From: Planctomycetes bacterium UBA1146
GTDB lineage: Bacteria > Planctomycetota > UBA8108
Direction of reading: 5' to 3'
Assembly (NCBI GenBank): GCA_963579555.1
Contig: CAUZHA010000007.1
Location: 3,233-67,232 of the forward strand
DNA: 64,000 bases
The notes beneath the pieces are model-generated. The model searched no databases. It had not been told where the DNA came from and saw nothing but the letters and a program-made list of their open reading frames with translations. Shown here piece by piece: positions 1 to 9,500 of the stretch. Numbering within the stretch: the first letter of the stretch is position 1; every line of letters starts with the position of its first letter. The position numbers and the translations under genes are program-made.

Positions 1-330
1 TCTTCAAGGTTCAGCGAAGTCACCCGCAACACTCCGCTGGAGGACACCTTGCCGAACATCCTGAACATCTCCTTTGGCGGCGTTGAAGGGAGCTCACTTG
101 CGAAGCTTCTTGATGAGATGGATGTGGCTGTTTCCACGGCCAGCGCCTGTCACTCCGGTAGCGGAAAGGGCTCACATGTACTGGAGGCGATGGGGCTGGA
201 GCCCGCCCTGATTCGCGGCGCGATCAGGTTCTCTCTTGGACACTCGAACTCGATCTCCCAGTTGCCGGAGCTCCTCACCTGCCTGGGAAAAGGTGTCGAA
301 AGATTGAGGCAGCTCGCCGGTACGGAGTGA
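1..330 (+). CDS. Cysteine desulfurase (IscS/NifS family), 3'-terminal fragment; reading frame is open from the window edge
   Basis: Frame 1 is open from nt 1. Translation ...LPNILNISFGGVEGSSL...VAVSTASACHSGS...AIRFSLGHSNS... matches the conserved C-terminus of IscS/NifS (active-site Cys loop SGSAC, then IRFSLG). Confidence 0.8.
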   Translation, partial: SSRFSEVTRNTPLEDTLPNILNISFGGVEGSSLAKLLDEMDVAVSTASACHSGSGKGSHVLEAMGLEPALIRGAIRFSLGHSNSISQLPELLTCLGKGVERLRQLAGTE

Positions 331-353
331 TGTCTCGTTCGGCCGAGGGGCCG

Positions 354-1349
354 TCAAGGACGCCTGGCCCCGGAGCTGGTCCCTGGTCCCTTCAGCTCTT
401 TCTGAAGCTTCCTGGCGCAGCGTTCTGAGTCGACGTAGACCACGCCGTTCTCGGTGAACACCCGGCCCATTTTTTCGGTTTCCCCCCGGGTTCCGCAGAT
501 GGGACAGGTTGAGAAGGTGGGGACATCGACAATCTTCTCGGCGCCCCCGGGTAATTCGAAGAGAGCAGTGGGTGTCTTTTCGCTCTTCAGCTGGCGTGTA
601 TTCACAGAGATGGTATAGCGGGGAAGATCGGTAATGACGGTCAGCTCAGCTTTCAGTGGGATGCCCTGGATTCCGCGGATCTTGTCGAGCACCTCTTCAG
701 AGAAGACTCCAAGTCGGCGATACATCTCGAAATAGCTGCCCGAAGTCTCTGCCAGCTTTCCAGGGAGGGTGGAGGTGAGCACTGCATCGATAATGACGGT
801 ACCATTTTCGATAACGGTGAGGCGCCTGCAGGAAAAACCGAGGTGGTCGGCCGCCTCCTTCCACTCCAGCTTGACGTCCCTCTTTCCACCTTCACGGAGG
901 CCGAGTTTTTTCATCGCAAGCTTACGCTCTCTCGCGGAGTAGGCGCGCAGGATGCGCAATTGTTCCAGCTCGTGAATCCTTCGATTCCGCTGGTTCTCGT
1001 TCAGGTCTCCACTGTGTTCACGGTATTTCTTTCCACCGCCGGGGAGGGTGAAGATGGAGGTCTCTTTTTCTTTTCCGCAGTGCAATAGGAAGACGGTGTC
1101 CAGCACATTGTCTTTTTCCGGAGTGTATTGCTCCAGGCGCAGGCGCCGGCTCTCCCCATCGATCCAGAGAACCTGGCGAACGGAGAGAGTCTTTCCAGAT
1201 TTCCCCCCGGGAAGTCCGCTCGTAACCTGCTCTATTCGGATGGCGTCGATCTTCTCCGCCTCCACTGGCTCCGCGCGGACAGGCGCCGTGAGAAGAAAGA
1301 CCAGCAGAAAGCCGGGGTGGAAGATTTTCGATAGTCTATCGGATTGCAT
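354..1349 (-). CDS. Hypothetical secreted protein with C-terminal Cys4 zinc-ribbon (CPICG...C)
   Basis: N-terminal hydrophobic signal-like segment (FLLVFLLTAPVRA). C-terminal CPICGTRGE...SERCARK motif. Convergent with the upstream desulfurase. Confidence 0.5.
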   Translation of the reverse strand: MQSDRLSKIFHPGFLLVFLLTAPVRAEPVEAEKIDAIRIEQVTSGLPGGKSGKTLSVRQVLWIDGESRRLRLEQYTPEKDNVLDTVFLLHCGKEKETSIFTLPGGGKKYREHSGDLNENQRNRRIHELEQLRILRAYSARERKLAMKKLGLREGGKRDVKLEWKEAADHLGFSCRRLTVIENGTVIIDAVLTSTLPGKLAETSGSYFEMYRRLGVFSEEVLDKIRGIQGIPLKAELTVITDLPRYTISVNTRQLKSEKTPTALFELPGGAEKIVDVPTFSTCPICGTRGETEKMGRVFTENGVVYVDSERCARKLQKELKGPGTSSGARRP

Positions 1350-2130
1350 TTTCAGCCCTGGTCAGAGACTGGAGCTCGTTGATTTCCCATTCCCTCGCCC
1401 TGGTGTAGAGGGGGTAGGTCTTTTCCCTGGCCTGTAATTCGGCCGGATGCCTGATCCAGCGTCCCTGTGAGCGGTGGATGGAAAAGAGATCATGGAGAAG
1501 CTCGTGGTAGACGTTGTATTCCAGGTAGTAGGCCGGTACGCGTTCATCATCCAGGAGCCTGTTGATGATGATGACGTTTCGTTCTCCCGGAGAAGTCTCG
1601 ATCCATTTCCCCATGAGCTTGATTGTCGGGCGCTTGGACCAGCCGATAGCAGGTCGGCTGCTGATCAGTCGACGTTCGGGAACATATTTGCTGATCACTC
1701 TTCGCAGGGTCTTTTCCAGGTCGTAGATCTTTCCCTTGGGGGAGCAGGGCCCGGGCTCGGACATTGTCGCTATGGTCTGGTGCCGGTTCTCGCCAACGTA
1801 ATCAAGGATCCGGGCTCTCAGATTTTTTGTCTCGACCTGGTTCCTGCGGGCAAAGCAGAAGCGAATAACGTCTTCGAGGATTGAATCGGGCGCCATGCTG
1901 AAGAGGACATGGAGTCTCAGTGTTCCCGAATCCTGCTGCTGGCTCAGGGAGACGGGGGTATTCGAACTCCTGGTGAAGATGATATCGAGATTGCCGGCGA
2001 GGACGAACTCCGGCTGGTAGCGCCAGAGCAGGGAGCGGATTTTCTCCTCGGCGTTCGCCTCTCTGTCGGCCTGGGGTTTCCGCCGGGAAGGCAGGGCAAT
2101 GGCTCCAGGCTCTCTTTCTCTTCTTTCCAT
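1336..2130 (-). CDS. YgjP/DUF45-like (M48-type) metal-dependent hydrolase
   Basis: HExxH motif in YNVYHELLHDLFSIH, preceded by RPTIKLMGKWIETS...NVIIINRLL. This matches the DUF45/YgjP pattern (RWGSC...I.iN..L...YVvvHELcHL.h.nHs). Confidence 0.6.
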   Translation of the reverse strand: MERREREPGAIALPSRRKPQADREANAEEKIRSLLWRYQPEFVLAGNLDIIFTRSSNTPVSLSQQQDSGTLRLHVLFSMAPDSILEDVIRFCFARRNQVETKNLRARILDYVGENRHQTIATMSEPGPCSPKGKIYDLEKTLRRVISKYVPERRLISSRPAIGWSKRPTIKLMGKWIETSPGERNVIIINRLLDDERVPAYYLEYNVYHELLHDLFSIHRSQGRWIRHPAELQAREKTYPLYTRAREWEINELQSLTRAENAIR

Positions 2131-2195
2131 ACAGAAATCTTAGGGCGAATCAGTAGCCACCGCAAGAGATCGTGCAAGGGTTCAGCCGGCGAGGA

Positions 2196-2627
2196 CTATA
2201 GCTCGAGCTTCTTGTCGAACTCGACATTCGCCTTGATGCGAAGAAGTATCTTGACCGCGGCCTCCGGCTCCAGCGGTCCCAGACTTTTTGAGACGACCTT
2301 CTTGGAGTTAACCTCGGTTACGTAGCGGTAGGTCTCGCCGCTGGGCAGGAAGAAACCTACGGGGGTCTTCATGTTCTTGATGCTGTAGACAAAGTAGCTC
2401 CCCTCGTTCTCGCCTTCGAGCCTGCGGTGTTCTACAAATCCGGTGGCGGTTCGTTTGACGTCACTTTCCTCGATGACGGTCTCGTAGACCTTGATCCACG
2501 CTGAGAGGACCTCGGTCCTCTCTGTTGCCGGGGCTGCTGCTGGTTTCGGCCCAGGGTTGCTTCCGCAGCTGGCAAGAAGAATCGTCGTCACAGCCATTCC
2601 AAGCCATCCACTTATCGTTGTTTTCAT
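2196..2627 (-). CDS. Small lipoprotein, hypothetical (start placed at internal Met to avoid overlap with upstream gene)
   Basis: MKTTISGWLGMAVTTILLASCGSNP has a signal peptide plus lipobox Cys. The longer ORF (to 2768) overlaps the phosphohexomutase 3' end by 140 nt. Confidence 0.45.
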   Translation of the reverse strand: MKTTISGWLGMAVTTILLASCGSNPGPKPAAAPATERTEVLSAWIKVYETVIEESDVKRTATGFVEHRRLEGENEGSYFVYSIKNMKTPVGFFLPSGETYRYVTEVNSKKVVSKSLGPLEPEAAVKILLRIKANVEFDKKLEL

Positions 2628-2628
2628 T

Positions 2629-5040
2629 TTAATCTTTCTGCTCGGCAGGGTCGCTGGGCTCGATGGCAAAGAGCCGCTCGAGTTTTTTTCGTACAGATGG
2701 ATCGGGAGGGACCTGCCTGCAATACGCCGAAACGGCATCTCTGACCAGCAGTCTTCCATCCGCTCCATATTTTTCCAAACATTGATCTACCCATTCTTCC
2801 ACTTCACCAGCCGACTTTCCAGCAGTGAGTTCAGAGACCAGCTTCGGCAGCACCTCCTGCGAAAAGTCCCGTTTCCATTCCAGCGGAACGAGATCGGATA
2901 TCTCCAGCGCCCAGCGTGGAACGCTGATTCCGATTCGGTCGAGCCATTCGACGCAGAGGCCGAGAGCGAGCTCTCTGGCAAGGGAGTCCGTCTCGGCTTT
3001 GCAGGAGTGGAGGTCTGCAAGTGATCCTCCAGTTCCGATGGGAGGCGCTGAGACCTCTGCGTAGATCTTATGCTTCGGCTCGGTTCCGCTGGGCCGGGCG
3101 ATGAGGCGGGCTCCATCGGCGAGTCTGAATTCGAGAATGTTTCTGGCGGCGCGGTCGGAATCGCAGAGAATCGGGCCGAACGCCCCCTCCTCGTCTCTGT
3201 AATCAACCAGGTCTTCTACGGTTGTATCGTTGATCTGTCCGGGAGGTCTCTTCCTGAGGCTCTTCTGCGCAGCCCGGATGTTGAGGTGCCCCCCGGCTCC
3301 GAGCATTACGGTCGAGACGTGTTGCGTCGATGTGTAGCCAAACTCCAGGTAGAGCTCGTCAAGGTAGGCGAGCAGGTTGCTGCCGCGGTCCTTGAGCGTA
3401 GATGAGAGCTCGGCGAGCAGTAGGGACGCGCCGGCAGCGTCCTTGTCGCGGATGTCGTTCGTGACGAGATAGCCATGCGATTCTTCCGTTCCGAGCAGGA
3501 AGTCGTCCAGCGTCCCCTTGATCTTGTCGAGATAGTGTCCCCGGGATTCAATGGCCGCGAGTACCTTGCAGATGTATTTAAAGCCGGTTGGGAGATTGGC
3601 TACCGATTGCGCTCCGCGCTGGCGAACCAGCCTGTCCAGCAGCGAACTCGTAACCGTGGTGGAGACGCAGAATTTCCTGTGGATATCTTCGTCTGGACAG
3701 GAGTCCAGCAGGTAGGCGGCCAGGAGGAGGCCGATCTGGTTTCCATCTAGGAAGCTCCAGCGGTTTTCAGCGTCGGGAGCCGTGACTCCAAGGCGGTCCG
3801 CATCCGGGTCGGTGGCCAGCGCGAGGTCAAGCTCGCCATCCCTGGCGAAGCCGGTAACGAGCTCCATCGATTCAGGCACCTCCGGGTTCGCCGTACGGAA
3901 CGGAACCGTGGGGAAGGCGCCATCCGGAGCAGCCTGTTCAGGGAGGCAGCTGACCTCGAAGCCGGCCTGGTCCAGCACCCGCTCTACCGAACTGCTCCCG
4001 GTCCCATGCAGCGGGGTGAAGGCCACCCTGGCGGAGCGCGAAGATGGGTCAATGGAAGCCTGGAGGTTTGCCTGGATGTACCGCTCGTGGATCTCCGGGG
4101 GGATGGTCTCCACCAGCCCATCCCGGACCGCGGCCTTCCAGGGGATGCTGGAGCTCTCGGTCGTGTTTTCTACGATCTCCGCCAGCTCCTGGTCCAGGGG
4201 AGGGACCTCCTGGGCTCCGGCCGCGTTGTAGATCTTGGCCCCGTTGTCATCCGGATGGTTGTGGGATGCGCTGATGTTGAGGCCGCCCTGGGCCTCCAGT
4301 GACCTGATGGCAAAGGAGAGCTCCGGTGTCGTTACGTACCCGTCTTCTCCGCCTGGTGGGAACCAGGCCTTGATTCCGTTGGCCGCGTAGATCCTGGCTG
4401 CGATCCTGGCGAAATTTTTCGATAGCATCCCGAGCAAGGGATTATCGATGCCCGGCTTGTAGACTTTCCGCAGATCGTTGAAGACTCTTACGTCGTAGGC
4501 GATGACCACGGAGGGCGGGGCGGCGTCCTGGCGGAGCTTGAGGAAGTCGCAGTGGCCCTGGATGGAGGTGCCGAGGGTGAACGGGTTGAACCTGTTCGAT
4601 CCGAAGCCGACGGGACCCCGCCGGCCGCTGGTGCCGAAGGGGAGATGTTGGAAGAACGCATCAAAGAGCTGGTCGTATGATCCCGTCTGCAGCAGGTGAT
4701 CCAGTTGGGGAAGGGAATCCGCAAATCTGCCATCCAGGAGCCAGCTTTCGAGGTTTTCGATGGCAGTCGCTCTGACTGTCGCAGGCACATCGATGAGGCT
4801 GAAGCCGGCGCTGGTTTTGTCGATGAAATCAGGTACTGACATGGTTCTCAATCGTGCAGGCTGTGACGATCCGCTCCGAGAAGAAAACTCCGGACCCGTA
4901 ATTCCTGCAAGCATCTTGTCGTATTTTATTTGGTCGAGGCGGTCGGGAGGGGTGAGAGACCGGGTTTTCAGCGGTTTCTCCGGTTCGGTCGGGCGCTGGG
5001 CAGCCGTCCGAGTCGGCCACGGGAGCGCTGTTATAGTCAC
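2629..5040 (-). CDS. Alpha-D-phosphohexomutase family protein (phosphoglucomutase/phosphomannomutase-like) with ~165-aa C-terminal extension; alternative start at 4842 (MSVPDF...)
   Basis: FGTSGRRG N-terminal motif; active-site serine loop ISASHNHPDDNGAKIY; metal-binding ATDPDADRLGV; sugar-binding ...SGTEPKHKIY. Then ~165 further residues of no recognisable family. Confidence 0.85.
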   Translation of the reverse strand: MTITALPWPTRTAAQRPTEPEKPLKTRSLTPPDRLDQIKYDKMLAGITGPEFSSRSGSSQPARLRTMSVPDFIDKTSAGFSLIDVPATVRATAIENLESWLLDGRFADSLPQLDHLLQTGSYDQLFDAFFQHLPFGTSGRRGPVGFGSNRFNPFTLGTSIQGHCDFLKLRQDAAPPSVVIAYDVRVFNDLRKVYKPGIDNPLLGMLSKNFARIAARIYAANGIKAWFPPGGEDGYVTTPELSFAIRSLEAQGGLNISASHNHPDDNGAKIYNAAGAQEVPPLDQELAEIVENTTESSSIPWKAAVRDGLVETIPPEIHERYIQANLQASIDPSSRSARVAFTPLHGTGSSSVERVLDQAGFEVSCLPEQAAPDGAFPTVPFRTANPEVPESMELVTGFARDGELDLALATDPDADRLGVTAPDAENRWSFLDGNQIGLLLAAYLLDSCPDEDIHRKFCVSTTVTSSLLDRLVRQRGAQSVANLPTGFKYICKVLAAIESRGHYLDKIKGTLDDFLLGTEESHGYLVTNDIRDKDAAGASLLLAELSSTLKDRGSNLLAYLDELYLEFGYTSTQHVSTVMLGAGGHLNIRAAQKSLRKRPPGQINDTTVEDLVDYRDEEGAFGPILCDSDRAARNILEFRLADGARLIARPSGTEPKHKIYAEVSAPPIGTGGSLADLHSCKAETDSLARELALGLCVEWLDRIGISVPRWALEISDLVPLEWKRDFSQEVLPKLVSELTAGKSAGEVEEWVDQCLEKYGADGRLLVRDAVSAYCRQVPPDPSVRKKLERLFAIEPSDPAEQKD

Positions 5041-5498
5041 CTTGCCGGGGAGTCATCGTCCATCGGTGTTCTGGTAAGGTTATGTTGCATAAATGTTTTG
5101 AGAAAAAAAAGGCTCCTGAATATACTGCTTCACAAGCAGATCGGGAAAAGCACGCAGTTTCCGCATTCGCGGACTGTTGGGGAGATGGAAGGGTTTCCCT
5201 CTCAGGAGATAGCTGTGGTTTGCTTTGCTGGCAGTACCTGCCAGGAAAGCAAGCAGGTGGGCCCCGGAGCAGTTGATAGCTGAGTAAGCGGGTTGGCTTC
5301 TCGGCGGCTGCCTTGCCTGCTTTGCCGGAAAATGAATGAAGAGTGATTGCTGGGAGGTTGCGTGGAGTAGTGTCTGCGAAAGGGCGTTGACCTGAAAGAA
5401 TTTGGCAGGCTCTGGCCTTACGCGGTGGTAATGAGGACGGAAGAAGGCTTCTGTCCAGGTGGAATCACGTCAGGATTAGCTAAAGAAGTAAAGAGGAT

Positions 5499-6263
5499 AT
5501 GTTATCAAGAGTTAACGAAAAGAAGGTCGAGGAACTGACAGTCAGAGAACTGGAAGAGCTCCTCCAGCGGAAGAAGGGAAACGACACGATCGCTGAGCTC
5601 ATGAAGGAGCGCGACCGTCTGCGCCTGGAGATTCGGCGAATCGATGACCAGATTGAGCTCATCGAGCGATCTGATTCTGCTGGGGGCGTGAAGCCCAGGC
5701 AGGGAGCTCCCCAGATGGAGGAATCCTTCAACGCCTCCATCTCTGCGCGAGGAGTTGCCGAGGAAGGAGCGGCCCCTAGCTTCCTGGCCGGCAAGCGAAA
5801 GAATAACCTGAAGGATTATATCGCCCAGGTCCTCCTGCAGGCCCGAGGGCCGCTCTCCGCTTCCGAGATTCAGCGAGAGCTGCCGGGAGTCGGCTATATG
5901 TCCAGCTCGACCAATCCTAGATCTTTCTACAACACCGTTTTCCAGGCACTGCAGCGTTACGATATTTTCGTCAAGGAGAGAAAGAAATATCGTCTCAGCG
6001 ATGAGGCTCTTCGGGAGAACGGGGTGCGGGAGATCCTTCCCAAGAAGAAGACCAGGCTTAAAGACTATATCACCGATATCCTGGGGAAATCTTCGACTCC
6101 CCTCAAGGCCTCTGAGATCGCCAGCAGGGTGGTGATCGCCGGCTATGATACCGACCTCGAGATGGAGGAGTTGAATCAGCGGGTAGCCGGAACACTCAAG
6201 AAATATCTGAATAAGGACTTCGACTGGGACAGCCAGAGGTACCGTCTCGCAGAGCGTTTCTGA
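5499..6263 (+). CDS. Coiled-coil protein with two HARE-HTH-like winged-helix repeats
   Basis: Heptad-rich N-terminus (KKVEELTVRELEELLQRKK...RLRLEIRRIDDQIELIE). Two repeats LKDYIAQVLLQARGPLSASEIQREL / LKDYITDILGKSSTPLKASEIASRV resemble HARE-HTH (ASXL/RpoE-delta N-domain type). The antisense ORF 5505..6344 lacks any motif. Confidence 0.5.
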   Translation: MLSRVNEKKVEELTVRELEELLQRKKGNDTIAELMKERDRLRLEIRRIDDQIELIERSDSAGGVKPRQGAPQMEESFNASISARGVAEEGAAPSFLAGKRKNNLKDYIAQVLLQARGPLSASEIQRELPGVGYMSSSTNPRSFYNTVFQALQRYDIFVKERKKYRLSDEALRENGVREILPKKKTRLKDYITDILGKSSTPLKASEIASRVVIAGYDTDLEMEELNQRVAGTLKKYLNKDFDWDSQRYRLAERF

Positions 6264-6337
6264 TTGTCGAGGTTTAGGAGGTCTCTCTCGGTGGATCGTG
6301 TAGTAAAATGCAGTCTGCTTGAGACTGGAATTACGGT

Positions 6338-6366
6338 TTGACAAGCAGGCGCCAACAAGTTAAAGA
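6338..6366 (+). promoter_or_regulatory. Possible sigma70-type promoter for tRNA-Asp (TTGACA -17- TAAAGA)
   Basis: TTGACA at 6338-6343, 17-nt spacer, TAAAGA at 6361-6366, ~20 nt upstream of the tRNA 5' end. Confidence 0.3.
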
Positions 6367-6385
6367 ATCTGACTGTGAAACTTGT

Positions 6386-6463
<78 letters not shown>

Positions 6464-6469
6464 GTTTTC

Positions 6470-6508
6470 AGAGCCCTTGCGACATAGGTCGCGGGGGCTC
6501 TTTTTTTT
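6470..6508 (+). terminator. Rho-independent terminator after tRNA-Asp
   Basis: AGAGCCC...(GCGAC ATAG GTCGC)...GGGGCTCT stem followed by TTTTTTTT (6501-6508). Confidence 0.6.
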
Positions 6509-6537
6509 GCCCGGATTTAATCTCAGGGCCGCGCTTT

Positions 6538-9500
6538 TCAGCGCAATTTGACCCGCGGGAAGAACTCCGGGATCATGAATCTCCAGATCCATACGTTGCG
6601 CTGCTTGCGCGGAATGAGATGGCATGGATTGATGCTCAGGGTTTTTGTCGCTCCGCGTCCGGTGTCGTCGTCCGTCAGCAGGAGACTGAGTCCGAAATTG
6701 AATCCGACGGGCGGGGGGGAGCCGTTCTTGAACAGGGGGAAGGAGGTCCAGGGAAGAGCCACCTCGTAGATAGCTCCGCTCGAGTCGGGCTTCTTCTTGA
6801 CGGAAAAGAGCCCCTGGGGCTCATTGTCTTCTTCTTCTTCGTTCTCTTCGTCGAGCCCTCCTTCCTGCTCGCCTTCCGCGCGCTCCTGTTCCTTGGCCTC
6901 CTTGCGGCGCTTGGGGATGGTCAGGCCGAGCGTCATCAGCTGGTCATCGCTGCCCTGGCGGTACCCTCCATCCCCGTCAGGGTCGAGGCCGATCAGGAGA
7001 CAGTCGCCTTTCCAGTTCTCCGCCTCTCGATCGTAGGCCCTGAGGATGTCATCTTCGACGTCCAGGGCGAAATAGAAGTACGATTCATCCCAGCCGGTGT
7101 AGAGGATGGCCGACAGATCCTCTTCCCCTTCCCACTGGCGGTTGAGTCCGGGGGCCGGGATCAGGTTGAGGTTGCGGGGCGCGGTCAGCAGTACCCTGTG
7201 GGCGTAGCTCCAGGAGTCCTCCAGCCGGCCATCGATGACAGGAGGCAGCTGGAGCCGGCGAGCGGTGATCTCCCGCGGCTGGGTATGCTTCATGGCCTCC
7301 TGCTTGATTCCCTCGAGAAGGTAGGCGATGTCCTCACGGCCCTTCGTGTTGTCCGAGCTGAGGAGAGCCTCGGATTTCAGCGTCCGGTCGAGCAGGGTTA
7401 CTGCCGAAGGATAGTCGCCCGCCTGGAAGTACGCCAGGGCAAGGTCGATAACAGCTTTCGGTTCCGTACGGTCTTTGAGATATACGCTGAGCAGTCCCAT
7501 TCGCTTCCTGGCGGCGTTGGGCTGGTCCGGGAAAGCGGCGCCGGTCATCCCGCAGCCTCCTCCGTCGGTCAGGAGCACGAGGTGGCCGGACGCCACGGCG
7601 CTGCGATAGGATCTCTTCTCGGTCAGGAAGCTGCTGAGCGGGTTGGGTTCGACAGCTCGCAGGAGCGTTCCCTTCACCCTGTCGTAGATGGAGATCGTCT
7701 GGCCGGGGTCGGGAAAGATGATCGCGTTCTCCAGGATGTGAAGGTGCCGGCTTCGCATTCGGCCAAGGTAGGTCCCGAGGTGGATCTCCTTCTGGGGCCA
7801 GAGGGAGGAGACGTTCATGCCCCGAGTCCCCGGGATGCGGCGGACCTCCAGCGCCAGGAGCTTCAGCCTGTCGCTGCCGTGAATGACGAAGAGCTGGCGT
7901 CCATCGCGGAAGATGGAAAAGTAAGAGGGCTCCTTGCCGAATTTTTCATAGATCCATTCGCGCCTTCCGTTTTCGATGGAGAGTCCGGCCAGTGCGGGCG
8001 TCCCCCCATCCCTCGCCAGCACGGCGATCACCTCATCGGGCGCCTCTGCGGAGTGGGCGATCTGCTCGATGGTTCCTTCTGAGGGCTCAAAGCCCCATAG
8101 CACCGTCCTGTGGGCCAGGTCGAGCAGGAGCACGGCGCTGGTGAGAGGAAGGAGGCAGAGTCCATTGCCAAGCTGGACGGGATCACCAACCCTCCTGGAG
8201 CTGTCGTAGGCCAGGGGCAGCTGGAAGCTCTTTCTCCGGGCGCCGTCTTTTGCCGCAAGGGCGCCGTAGCCGAGGTCGCGCTGGTTGAGCACGAAGACCT
8301 CACCGCCGGCGAGCGCGGGCCTGGCCTGGGCCGGGTCGAATTTCAGCTCCTTCCTCCAGAGCTCAGCTCCGTCATGGCCGAAGCAATAGAGCTGCCGGTG
8401 GCTGCTGCTTACGTAGACCCTGTCGGCTGTAACCAGGCAACCCCTGATTCTCTCGCTGAGCTGCCTGAAGACAGGCTGCTCAGCGCGCGGCAGCTTCTTC
8501 GTGTTCCCTCCGAGTGGAATGGACCAGCGGACCTTGCCTTGCTGGTGGTCCACGGCGAAGAGGTTGCGATGGTCATGAAGGATCAGCAGCTTGCCGGCGA
8601 AGACGCCCCGGAGTTCCTTGTCGCCGCTCCTGGCAAAGCGAAAATTCCTGTACTGGATGGGGTCGATGATGTACCCGGGGATCATGGACAGGTTGATGGT
8701 CCAGGAGGGTATCCCTGTGCTGACGTCTCTGCATTCAAGGATCTCGCTGGCCTGGGTGAAGAAGCTGTTCTTGCAGCTTTCCGGGCGTTCGCCTTCCGGC
8801 TCCAGGAAGATCTTTTCAGGCGAAAGCAGGTCGGCGGGGGAGCGCCAGGTCATCCTCAGCGGCGTGTGCAGCAGCTGGTTGTCGCCTGGCCTGAGCTCAA
8901 CCAGGCCGGGGTCAGCAAGACGCCGACGGATGTAGGACCCTACAGTATCGGAGGCATCCATGCCGGGAATCGGCTCCACCCGCTTGTCGGGATGCGTCGC
9001 CAACAGCTCCTCGTAGAGCGCGCGGGTCTTCGCCCGCTTGCCGGCCCCGTAAAACATCTGGGCGGCGCGCAAGGCTGTCCGGACTGTGTCAAATCGCAGA
9101 GGGTAGTCATCCACGTAGCCCAGAAGTGTCCTGGCTGCCCGGATCGAGTTGCCCCGGTCCAGATACGAGATGGCCAGCTTCTTGTAGGCTGCCGCGGCGG
9201 CCTCGGTGAAGGGATAGAGACGGATGGTCTCCTGGAGGCCATAGATCTCCCCGGATTTCCTGGCTGCTCTGAGCTGGACGGCGGCCTTCGATTCGGTTTC
9301 CTGGAAGACCTCCCCGGGTTTCGGAACCGATTTTCGCAGGGAACGGATTTCAGACCGGATGAATTCTTCCGCAGGTATCTGAAGGAAACCATCGACCCTG
9401 TAAACAGACTTGTTTCCGGGTATACCGGGCAGACGGGATTTATCCGTTGCGGGGCGCTCGACATCGAAGCTGAGCGCATCGTGGAAGGCGGCGAGGGAGC

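Noticed and set aside
5505-6344. 279-aa minus ORF as alternative to 5499..6263 +
   Set aside because: The + frame shows coiled-coil heptads and duplicated HARE-HTH-like units. The minus frame has no structure-like periodicity.
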